Positions 1 to 8,007 of a stretch of 19,250 nucleotides of DNA are shown piece by piece. The stretch spans positions 1-19,250 of the forward strand of contig JBBQFN010000056.1 in NCBI GenBank assembly GCA_038321985.1, given 5' to 3'. The stretch's first letter is position 1. Each line of letters opens with the position of its first letter. The notes beneath the pieces were generated by a model. That model did no database searches. It had not been told where the DNA came from and worked only from the letters and a program-made list of their open reading frames with translations. The stretch comes from Cyanophyceae cyanobacterium (GTDB lineage: Bacteria; Cyanobacteriota; Cyanobacteriia; Cyanobacteriales; Laspinemataceae). The position numbers were made by a program, and so were the translations under genes.

Positions 1-2
1 GA

Positions 3-50
3 AATTTTGACAACTTTCGGTTACGTCTTTTAGCAGCTTTTTCATCATAG
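3..50 (+). CDS. ISL3-family transposase, last 15 codons only
   Basis: Manual translation: AAT TTT GAC AAC TTT CGG TTA CGT CTT TTA GCA GCT TTT TCA TCA TAG. Too short for the ORF track. Confidence 0.8.
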   Translation, partial: NFDNFRLRLLAAFSS

Positions 51-117
51 TCATTATAAATTAGAGAGGTAGCCACTCAAAAACATTTAAACGCTCAGTA
101 ACTAATTAGAAAAACTT

Positions 118-140
118 ATCACCAAAAAGTCTGAAGAGCC
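118..140 (-). repeat. Right terminal inverted repeat of the ISL3 element (inner boundary approximate)
   Basis: Minus strand reads GGCTCTTCAGACTTTTTGGTGAT. The partner left repeat is outside the window. Confidence 0.7.
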
Positions 141-503
141 GTTTTCTGCAATATACCTTTTGCTAATCTCCCAGTTTCTAGCCAATACTGGAGTTATTTT
201 AATCGTTTTATAATGAAAAGCCATTTTTGTGGCTGCATGAACAATATGTAAAAATTCTGAGCTTTTTTCACCAACTTTTAATTCAGGCAATGATTTAACC
301 AAAGAAGGAGTTGCCTCATCAATTAACCAATTCCAAATCTGAACAACTTTTTCATCTTTTTCTATAAGGATGACCTGGTTTTTCCAGTTGTCAGAATGAA
401 GAGAATAAGCTCCAGAACCAGCAAATGGTTCTATTATGGTTTGATAATTGGGGAAAGGATAATATTTTGATATTTGCTTTTTTCGTCCGTAGTAGTAAAA
501 CAT
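141..503 (-). pseudogene. 5' fragment of a Dam-like (D12 class) N6-adenine DNA methyltransferase, interrupted by ISL3
   Basis: From ATG 503: MFYYYGRKK...IIEPFAGSGAYS (motif X plus SAM-binding motif I) and VILIEKD (motif II). No DPPY catalytic motif. The last 12 residues of ORF 102..569 (GSSDFLVISFSN) are read from the IS end. Confidence 0.8.
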
Positions 504-533
504 GGATGTCAAATCAGTAATATTATTAATTGT

Positions 534-562
534 AGAATAGTCAAATGCAACCTGTTTGTCAA
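534..562 (-). promoter_or_regulatory. Putative sigma70-type promoter of the methyltransferase
   Basis: Minus strand TTGACA (562-557), 17-nt spacer, TATTCT (539-534), 30 nt upstream of ATG 503. Confidence 0.5.
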
Positions 563-689
563 CGATCACTAGAAATATCTAAAGACAAGCGTTAGTGTTT
601 AAAACCAGATTGATTGTCAAAGTTTAATAGTATTTATGGGAATATCACGAGACCGATCCTTTAAAGATCAATGTTGACAAAGAACCAAA

Positions 690-795
690 TAAGTAAGTGG
701 GCGAAAATATTCCTCTATTGGTTTTAGCTATAACTCTTTCACAGCAAGGGTTATGCCCGTTACCCAACTTTAGCTTAATTATGCCCACCTACTGA
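690..795. mobile_element. ~100-bp MITE-like element with imperfect terminal inverted repeats
   Basis: Left end AGTAAGTGGGCGAAAAT (692-708). Right end AATTATGCCCACCTACT (777-793; reverse complement AGTAGGTGGGCATAATT). TA on the left flank, GA on the right. Internal palindrome at 730-754. No coding capacity. Confidence 0.65.
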
Positions 796-991
796 GAACC
801 TGCAATACTCAATTTTATACCGCATCTATTTTAAACACCTGAGAAAATGGTTTTTTTGAATTGGCCGATCGCCGTTACAATAACCCGATTGCTGCTCTAG
901 TTGTAAAATTGCAGTAAAGTGATACCCTGTAAAGATTGTCGGAAGATATCCCGATCGCTGGTAACTCTCGATTCCTTCCCTTTTATCTGAA

Positions 992-2188
992 TTGCTTCTA
1001 TACCATATTTTGTCTGATTTGTCACTCTCTATTTTATCTACCATTCTGTTACTGTTGCAGTTGCCTGCGACGGCAATTCTGTTGTCTCGGCTGATTAAAG
1101 GCGCGTTTCGTCCGCCTCCGATTGAACCGACTACACCGACTCAAGAGATTTATGGTGCAGTCAGTGTGGTGGTGCCGACTTTAAATGAACGCGATCGCCT
1201 CTCACCCTGTCTCGCTGGATTAACCCGTCAAAGTTATGAAGTACGGGAAATTATCGTTGTTGATAGCAACTCCACCGATGGCACTCAAGATTTAGTCAAA
1301 GCGGCAGCAGAAAAGGACCCCCGGATTCGGTTGGTGACCGATGACCCCTTGCCAAGGGATTGGGTGGGCCGTCCTTGGGCCTTGAATCATGGATTTTTGT
1401 CAACTTCCTCTGGTAGTCGCTGGTTTTTAGGCATCGATGCCGATACCCAACCTCACCCCGGTTTGGTGGCCGCAGTGGTGCAAGCAGCAGAGGCGAAGGG
1501 GTATGATTTGGTGTCTTTCTCCCCGCAGTTCATTCTCAAGGAGGCCGGGGAAATGGTGCTACAACCGGCGCTATTAATGACCCTGGTGTATCGCTTTGGT
1601 CCCACCAATACCGAGGCGAGTTCGGCAGAACGGGTGATGGCTAACGGTCAATGTTTCCTCTGTCGGCGATCGGTGTTGGCGGCAGTGGAAGGGTATAGCA
1701 GCGCTCGTCAATCGTTTTGTGACGACGTGACTTTGGCCCGAAATATTGCCCTGGCTGGGTTTAAGGTCGGGTTTATGGATGGTGCGAAGGTGATTAAGGT
1801 TCGGATGTATGAGGGGGCGGCAGAAACTTGGCGAGAGTGGGGGCGTAGTCTGGATCTCAAGGATGCGGCGTCATGGGGTCAAACTTGGGGAGATGTTTGG
1901 TTTTTGCTGTCGGTGCAAGGGTTGCCGGTGTTGGTGGTGTTGGGATATCTGTTATTGGGGTTAGAAGGATCGCGGTTGCTGCTGGGGTTAAATTTATTTT
2001 TGTTGGGGATTCGGTTTGCCTTGAATTTGGCGATCGCCCCTTCTTATGACCGGACCCAGGCCCCAAAAAGTGCAGCTTGGTTGTTTTGGCTGTCTCCTCT
2101 AGCCGACCCTCTGGCGGTATTGAGAATTATTCTGTCTGCAATTCATACCCCGACTCAGTGGCGCGGACGACAGTATGGGCCCCAATAG
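992..2188 (+). CDS. cruG: GT2-family glycosyltransferase, probable myxol 2'-O-glycosyltransferase (myxoxanthophyll synthesis)
   Basis: N-terminal TM segment LLLLQLPATAILLSRL. GT2 motifs VSVVVPTLNE, VVDSNSTDGT, WVGRPWAL, IDADT, ANGQCFL, FCDDVTLA, VRMYEG. C-terminal TM helices ending in QWRGRQY. The TTG start is uncertain. Confidence 0.8.
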   Translation: MLLYHILSDLSLSILSTILLLLQLPATAILLSRLIKGAFRPPPIEPTTPTQEIYGAVSVVVPTLNERDRLSPCLAGLTRQSYEVREIIVVDSNSTDGTQDLVKAAAEKDPRIRLVTDDPLPRDWVGRPWALNHGFLSTSSGSRWFLGIDADTQPHPGLVAAVVQAAEAKGYDLVSFSPQFILKEAGEMVLQPALLMTLVYRFGPTNTEASSAERVMANGQCFLCRRSVLAAVEGYSSARQSFCDDVTLARNIALAGFKVGFMDGAKVIKVRMYEGAAETWREWGRSLDLKDAASWGQTWGDVWFLLSVQGLPVLVVLGYLLLGLEGSRLLLGLNLFLLGIRFALNLAIAPSYDRTQAPKSAAWLFWLSPLADPLAVLRIILSAIHTPTQWRGRQYGPQ

Positions 2189-2227
2189 CAGGAATTCAAC
2201 GGCTGTCTGAAGCCATTAGAGAGTTTC

Positions 2228-2249
2228 CCCGAAGGCTGGGCCTTCAGGG
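2228..2249. terminator. GC-rich hairpin between convergent genes, possible terminator
   Basis: CCC-GAAGGC-TGG-GCCTTC-A-GGG about 40 nt after the cruG stop. No clear U-tract. Confidence 0.3.
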
Positions 2250-2386
2250 TAAGCTGCGGTTGAGGATATGGCATTGTCAAACGTAAGAAAGAAAATGAGG
2301 TTGGACCCTTGACTCTAAAGCCGGAACAAAGGACCCCGGACATTAGAGCAATGATTCAGAAACCTGGAAAAAATGTGGGTTCCGAG

Positions 2387-2704
2387 TTATTCCCCGTTAC
2401 CATCATCCTCTGCGGATCCGTTAAATAAATCGATTCGTTCTAGCTGCCAGAGAATTTGATTCCCTTCTCGTCGCACCCGGGATACGATCCAGTTACGCCA
2501 AGGCCAATTGTCGCCACGACTGGTGACGGCGCTGGCATTGACATCCATGAGATCGGCTAGTTCGGAACTCGTGATCAAATAGCCTTTAGTGGCGATGCGA
2601 TCGGCGATTTCCAGGGTTTGCATCAGATATTGGAGTTGAGTGACCCTCACCTCACGGGGTAAGTTGTCAAGCGAATCAGTATTGGAATGGGCAGTTGTGT
2701 CCAT
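2387..2704 (-). CDS. Small cyanobacterial hypothetical protein, possibly helix-turn-helix/winged-helix-like
   Basis: GGAG 9 nt upstream of ATG 2704. ITSSELADLMDVNASAV resembles an HTH and is followed by a Trp/Arg-rich beta region (WPWRNWIVSRVRREGNQILWQLER). Confidence 0.7.
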   Translation of the reverse strand: MDTTAHSNTDSLDNLPREVRVTQLQYLMQTLEIADRIATKGYLITSSELADLMDVNASAVTSRGDNWPWRNWIVSRVRREGNQILWQLERIDLFNGSAEDDGNGE

Positions 2705-3483
2705 ATAAGCCAACTCCGAGGTCAGAAGGTCAGAACTTTGGGTTCATTCTAGCGCCTTTACTAGCTTGGGTAAATCTAGGCGTCCCAAGGGGAAAAGTTT
2801 TGTTATGAAATCTTGATGCAAAAAGAAAGATTAATAGGTGTGATAAGTTAAGCCAATATAGCTGCGGGGGTAGAGGGAACGGGTAAGCTGTATTTGCTTA
2901 CTGGGGTAAAAGCGGTATTGTTTTTATATCTGTCTCGTCTAATCATGGCAATACCGAAATGTGAAGCGGATTTTTCTTTCCAGAGTGGATAGAAAGTTGG
3001 CCCTGGATTCTGGACTCGATTTTTGGAGTAAAGCGATCGCTTTACCCAAGCCTAGAAAGGTTCCTCCAAAAGGGGGAAATGGCTCATAAAGTAAGGGATT
3101 ATGGCGGGTTATGTGCCCCGCAAAACTTAAGCAAAAGCTATTTAAAATACTTACCGAGTTCAGCCGGAACCGAGATCATCCTGGGTTACGGTTCCCTCAG
3201 ATAGGGGCGAGGTGATTGGATCGTAGACTCACACCCCCTTTTCAATTATCGGCTAGATGTTGCTATGAGGTGGGGATAACCACCGCAAGTCGGGACGTTG
3301 AGTGGAGGATAACTGGCTCTAGGGGCAATTTATTTCTCCTAACAACAGGATGAAATTTGCCATTCCAGCGGTTGAGCCGATCGCGAGAATCTGGGGGATC
3401 CGGATACTTTCTAAAAACACCGATTAAATTGCCCCCTTGAACGCTCATAATAATCTCGGTGCTTTGAGGATAATTCTTGCCGT

Positions 3484-3747
3484 ATGCCGAGAACCCCAGA
3501 TTATATAGGCGTTTCCCTCCTGATCGAGGGGGGACACAAGGAACAGGTGCGTTTTTCTACGATCCAAGAGTTCCAGAAATGGTATCAAGGGGTATTAGTC
3601 CCCAACTCCGACGGAAAAGAGTTTATCAACGTGCCCATCAAAACCGCTCAAGGAGAGTATATGGTGGTTCGACCCGCTACTATCTTGGGCATTCGGGTCG
3701 AACCTGTCTTTTTGTCCAGTGTCGATCGCAGCTTTGCCGAAGAATAA
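3484..3747 (+). CDS. Small cyanobacterial hypothetical protein (87 aa)
   Basis: ATG with GAGGA upstream and a globular-looking composition. The sequence (LLIEGGHKEQVRFSTIQEFQKWY...GEYMVVRP) is familiar to me as a conserved cyanobacterial protein. Confidence 0.7.
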   Translation: MPRTPDYIGVSLLIEGGHKEQVRFSTIQEFQKWYQGVLVPNSDGKEFINVPIKTAQGEYMVVRPATILGIRVEPVFLSSVDRSFAEE

Positions 3748-4277
3748 AGACCTCGGAAATACCAGTCTTTATGCAGGGTTGGATTGTGCGATCGCTGGCC
3801 TTTAAACTCAGGATCAGCCCCCTCTGTTGCCCCCTTAGTCACTCTGAGGGGGCGATCGCAGGTGGTTTTAACTCATCCACGAATCCTTAACCCTGGCTCA
3901 CCTGACCCAGGATCCTGCTCAGTTGCCAGAAATCCTAACTCATGTGATATCCTTGTGGTCAATATCTATATCAAATCCTGGGTTTTTCATTGCAAAAAAG
4001 CCCACACCATCCAATCAGCCGGTTTGCAGGTTGCCCCAAACTCGACTCAAATCAATCCAACTCCTCCGGAACCGGCTTTGAGGATAGAAGGTTGCCCCAT
4101 CGTTGCCTACAAACAGAATTGAGCCAAAAGTTGTACCTTGGTTAGCCGGATATCGCTGTGTTGTGCGGTGCGATCGCCCCGGTGGAACACTTGCCCCTTC
4201 AAGGACAACAAATATCATCCTCATTTGACGATCGGGCCAAATCACCGAAAGCTCGTTCGCTCTTATCACACAAGCCT

Positions 4278-6203
4278 ATGGAAATACCTTTTGATATTAC
4301 CCTGCTGATCGTACTCACAGTCATCGCCGGGATCGGAGCTCAAGTGCTCGCCGACTACCTGAAAATTCCAGGGATTGTTTTTTTGCTTTTGTTCGGCATC
4401 CTCCTGGGTCCTGATGGCTTGGGCTTACTGCATCCCAGCCTCCTCGGAGATGGACTAGAAGTCATCGTGAGCCTTTCCGTGGCCTTAATTTTGTTTGAGG
4501 GGGGTCTTAACCTTGAGCTCAAAGACCTGGATAAAGTCTCCGGCAGCCTGCGGAACCTCGTCACCATCGGTACCCTGGTTACCCTGATTGGGGGTGGCAT
4601 TGCTGCTCATGCCTTCAGTGAATTTCCCTGGTCCATCTCGTTTTTATATGCCGCCTTAGTCGTCGTCACCGGACCTACCGTGATCGGACCCTTACTCAAA
4701 CAGGTCCAAGTTGAGCGTTCCGTTGCCGCATTACTCGAAGGCGAAGGAGTATTAATTGATCCAGTCGGGGCGATTCTGGCAGTCTTAGTCCTGGACGTCA
4801 TTTTAAATGGAGATGCAGATCCCTTCAGGCTGATTGCCGGATTATCCATTCGTCTGGGCATTGGCAGTGCGATCGGGGCTTTGGGCGGTTGGATTCTGGG
4901 CTATATCCTCAAACGCGCCCATTTTCTCTCCGAGGACCTGAAAAATTTGGTAGTTTTAGCTGGACTCTGGGGCTTATTTGGTCTGGCGCAAGGCATCCGA
5001 GGCGAGTCCGGACTGATGGCAACCGTGGTCGCCGGAATCGTCCTAAGGGCCTCCGCTATTCCCGATGAGCGACTGCTACGCCGCTTTAAAGGTCAACTGA
5101 CTATTTTGGCCGTCTCTGTATTGTTCATTCTTTTAGCAGCGGATTTGTCCATCGCGAGTGTGATTGCTCTGGGATGGGGGAGTTTAGCCACCGTAGGGAT
5201 TCTGATGTTTGTAGTGCGCCCGATTAATGTTTGGCTGTGCACCATCAACAGTGGACTCAACTGGCGACAGAAATTGTTTGTAAGCTGGATTGGTCCTAAA
5301 GGGATTGTTTCCGCCTCCGTCGCCTCTTTGTTTTCGATTTTACTCACCGATCGCGGCATTAACGGGGGGGACTCGATCAAAGCGTTGGTCTTCCTAACCA
5401 TTATTGTGACCGTGGTTTTGCAAGGTTTGACCGCTCGTTCTGTCGCCAAAATGTTGGGTCTGATGTCCACCACCGCCACAGGTGCAGTGATTGTGGGTTC
5501 TAATCCCCTCAGCCGATTAATTGCCCGGTTATTTCAAGAACGGGGTGAGTCGGTAGTTATTTTGGATACCAATCCAGAAGCCTGTCAGGAAGCAGAACGG
5601 GAAGGTTTGCCGGTATTTTTAAGCTCGGCCCTTGATACCGAAGTTCTGGAAGAAGCCGGACTAGCTTCCATGGGGACATTCCTGGCAATGACTAGCAATG
5701 GTGAGGTGAATCTAGTTTTGGCGCAACGCACCGCTGAGGAGTTTTCTCCCCCTCGGGTGTTAGCCTTGTTTCCCATCGACCCCCAAGGGAATAAGGCGGG
5801 GAATAAGACCAATAAGATTCAGCACGCTTTTATTCCAGACCTGCAACTTAAGACTTGGAACGAGTATCTTAGCGATTCTCAGGTGAAGTTAGGGGAAACA
5901 GTCCTGAAAGAGCCAAGCTGTGCCTTTCAAGAGGCCCATTTGCAAGCCCTGATTCGGTCTGGGGAGTTAGTCCCCTTGTTAATCGAACGGGAAAAACAGC
6001 TTTTGGTGGTCTCGGCCATCGATGCGTGGCAACCGGGGGATGTGATTATTTATCTCCTGCACGACCCGAAACCCAAGCTGCTGAAGCGTCTTTCCGGGTC
6101 GAGTCAGTCTGAGCTCACATTAAAAAAGCTGCCGACGGTGGAGGAAGTACCGATTTCGGCCCTTGGGTTGGAAGAAACCCTAGAAAAGGTTTCTGTCGAG
6201 TAA
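4278..6203 (+). CDS. CPA1-family Na+(K+)/H+ antiporter with C-terminal TrkA-N/RCK domain
   Basis: About 12-13 hydrophobic segments. Motifs LILFEGGL, VVTGPTVI, LEGEGVLIDP, GPKGIVSAS. Rossmann-like region AVIVGSNPLSRLIA...VVILDTN. The likely start is ATG 4278 rather than 4158. Confidence 0.9.
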   Translation: MEIPFDITLLIVLTVIAGIGAQVLADYLKIPGIVFLLLFGILLGPDGLGLLHPSLLGDGLEVIVSLSVALILFEGGLNLELKDLDKVSGSLRNLVTIGTLVTLIGGGIAAHAFSEFPWSISFLYAALVVVTGPTVIGPLLKQVQVERSVAALLEGEGVLIDPVGAILAVLVLDVILNGDADPFRLIAGLSIRLGIGSAIGALGGWILGYILKRAHFLSEDLKNLVVLAGLWGLFGLAQGIRGESGLMATVVAGIVLRASAIPDERLLRRFKGQLTILAVSVLFILLAADLSIASVIALGWGSLATVGILMFVVRPINVWLCTINSGLNWRQKLFVSWIGPKGIVSASVASLFSILLTDRGINGGDSIKALVFLTIIVTVVLQGLTARSVAKMLGLMSTTATGAVIVGSNPLSRLIARLFQERGESVVILDTNPEACQEAEREGLPVFLSSALDTEVLEEAGLASMGTFLAMTSNGEVNLVLAQRTAEEFSPPRVLALFPIDPQGNKAGNKTNKIQHAFIPDLQLKTWNEYLSDSQVKLGETVLKEPSCAFQEAHLQALIRSGELVPLLIEREKQLLVVSAIDAWQPGDVIIYLLHDPKPKLLKRLSGSSQSELTLKKLPTVEEVPISALGLEETLEKVSVE

Positions 6204-6246
6204 ATTTGGAGTGGGTCAGGGTGCTGGAAAGGTGTAACCGGGTGCT

Positions 6247-6948
6247 TTACTCTAAGTATGAGACCCATTGGGGTAAAATCTCGGGGGAACCGTACCAATT
6301 CAGAGGCGATCGCGGGGAATGCATGACCCCTTCCAAGGTGATATTTTCCGCCCCGACCAGATGTGCCGCTGCGATCGGGGTAATCCCATCCCCCCAAGTT
6401 TCCCCGATGCCACAGGTGATTCGATAGCTGTTATGGGCTAACCATTGTCCCCGCTTCTTTGCACCATAAACGGCCTTTCCTGCCAAGCAGACATAACGTA
6501 CATGGGAGTAAAATGCCCCCGGATAAGAGGTATTGACAAACTCTAGATTTTTGAGGGTCCACCGTTCCTGACTGATATGGGGACTGCCCAGGGTAATTAA
6601 GGTACTCACGAAGGGATTGGCGCACCACGATTTAGCCGATTCTTCAATATCCCCATGAATAATATAGGGTTCTTCGCCGAGGTAAATTCGGGCAATCCAT
6701 CCCCCGGCAGAGTGGGCCACTAGGTTAATTTTTTTGCTGTTAAACTCGCGTAATGCTTGTTGAACGGTGGTGTCAAGTTGTCGGAGAATAGGGGCGATCG
6801 AGCGGCCCCCAATCGTCGGGACCCAATCTCGTTTACGCAGAGGCACCAGCATTGCAGGAAACCCCTGTTCATTGAGTAAGCGTTCAAACTCCCGATATTC
6901 CGATGCAGCGGCGAAAAAACCCGGTAAAATGACGGTCGGTAAGGGCAT
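6247..6948 (-). CDS. Alpha/beta-fold hydrolase (lipase/esterase, PGAP1-like)
   Basis: Oxyanion region VILPGF, nucleophile elbow LVAHSAGG, LITLGSPH, GDGITP (Asp), GVMHSP (His). Confidence 0.85.
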   Translation of the reverse strand: MPLPTVILPGFFAAASEYREFERLLNEQGFPAMLVPLRKRDWVPTIGGRSIAPILRQLDTTVQQALREFNSKKINLVAHSAGGWIARIYLGEEPYIIHGDIEESAKSWCANPFVSTLITLGSPHISQERWTLKNLEFVNTSYPGAFYSHVRYVCLAGKAVYGAKKRGQWLAHNSYRITCGIGETWGDGITPIAAAHLVGAENITLEGVMHSPRSPLNWYGSPEILPQWVSYLE

Positions 6949-7061
6949 GGTTGGGGGATGCAATGAGATGGAAAGAGATTTAACGAGATTTAAAGACTAG
7001 ATTGTACCGGCAAACCTGGATTGCTGGATAATTGAAAGCCGTAACAGAAGGAACACAACGG

Positions 7062-7808
7062 ATGATGCCATTGGGCAAGTTATATGGAATTGGGGTAGGA
7101 CCGGGAGACCCAGAATTGATTACCCTGAAGGGATTAAAGTTGTTGCAAGCTGTGCCAGTGGTGGCATTCCCCGTAGGAAGCAGTGGTAAACCAGGGATGG
7201 CGGAAGGGATTGTTGCACAATGGATTCTTGCAGACCAGGTGAAATTGCCTTTAGAGTTTGCCTTTGTGCAAGATGAAGGGTTGCTGAATCAGGCATGGCA
7301 ACAAGCGAGCAGTCGCGTTTGGGACTATCTGAAATTGGGCCAGGATGTGGCCTTTGTCTCCGAAGGGGATGTTAGTTTTTATAGTACCTTTACTTATTTA
7401 TCCCAGACCCTGCAACAGCAGCATCCCGAGGTTCAGGTGCAGTCGGTGCCGGGGATTTGTTCGCCCTTAGCCGCAGCAGCAGAACTGGGAATCCCTTTAA
7501 CCATAGGGTCTCAACGGTTAGCGGTATTGCCAGCCCTGTACAGTGTTGAAGACTTGGAAAACGCGCTAGACTGGGCGGATGTGGTGGTGTTGATGAAAGT
7601 CAGTTCGGTTTACGATCGCGTTTGGGACCTGTTGCAGGAACGGGGATTGCTCGATCGCACCCAGATTGTAGAACGAGCCACGGGATCTGAGCAAAAAATT
7701 CATCGTCAGTTGCGCGATCGCCGCGACTTGAAACTCCCTTATTTTTCCTTGGCACTCATCCAAGTTGCACCCCCTACTCTCCCTCCAAAATCTGAGTGCA
7801 ACTTTTAA
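7062..7808 (+). CDS. cobI: Precorrin-2 C20-methyltransferase (CobI/CbiL)
   Basis: GKLYGIGVGPGDPELITLKG, VAFVSEGDVSFYSTF, VPGICSPLAAAA, VVVLMKV, LPYFSL. Confidence 0.9.
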   Translation: MMPLGKLYGIGVGPGDPELITLKGLKLLQAVPVVAFPVGSSGKPGMAEGIVAQWILADQVKLPLEFAFVQDEGLLNQAWQQASSRVWDYLKLGQDVAFVSEGDVSFYSTFTYLSQTLQQQHPEVQVQSVPGICSPLAAAAELGIPLTIGSQRLAVLPALYSVEDLENALDWADVVVLMKVSSVYDRVWDLLQERGLLDRTQIVERATGSEQKIHRQLRDRRDLKLPYFSLALIQVAPPTLPPKSECNF

Positions 7809-8007
7809 TCCATCATCGGGATCTCTACTGATTAAGGGTGCGATAACTTTCGTGATTTCTATTACCCTGCCTTACACGACTGCCGGTCATCAATGCTATT
7901 ATATCCGGGTTGATAGGGGCATTGAATGTCTGAATTAACGCGGCAGGCAGTCTGAAACTGCTGCATCACGATCGCAGTCTGCCCGTCTAGACCTAAGCTT
8001 ACCCGCC

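Larger units (their letters stand above)
1..140 (+). mobile_element. Right end of an ISL3-family insertion sequence (partial, continues beyond the window's left edge)
   Basis: 3..50 reads NFDNFRLRLLAAFSS*, matching the typical ISL3 transposase C-terminus (GFRNFxNFRLR). The element ends at ...CACCAAAAAGTCTGAAGAGCC (140), whose reverse complement starts GGCTCTTC, an ISL3-type terminus. Methyltransferase-like sequence stops exactly at this point. Confidence 0.85.

Noticed and set aside
102..569. Intact 155-aa protein as given by the ORF track
   Set aside because: Homology starts at ATG 503 and ends at 141; the tail is IS-derived and the catalytic motif is missing.
3222..3240. Yfr1 sRNA
   Set aside because: Contains ACTCACAC but not the conserved ACTCCTCACAC motif.
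3750..4277. c-di-AMP or Na+ riboswitch upstream of the antiporter; ORFs 3784..4122 and 4015..4269
   Set aside because: No recognisable riboswitch consensus, and the ORFs have weak starts and no protein-like features.
4355..5812. Antisense and alternate-frame ORFs within the antiporter (and similar ones inside other long genes)
   Set aside because: Shadow ORFs overlapping well-supported CDSs, with no motifs.
7809..8007. Fur box or cobalamin riboswitch between cobI and the tonB-like gene
   Set aside because: Only a weak GATAAC match and no B12-box.
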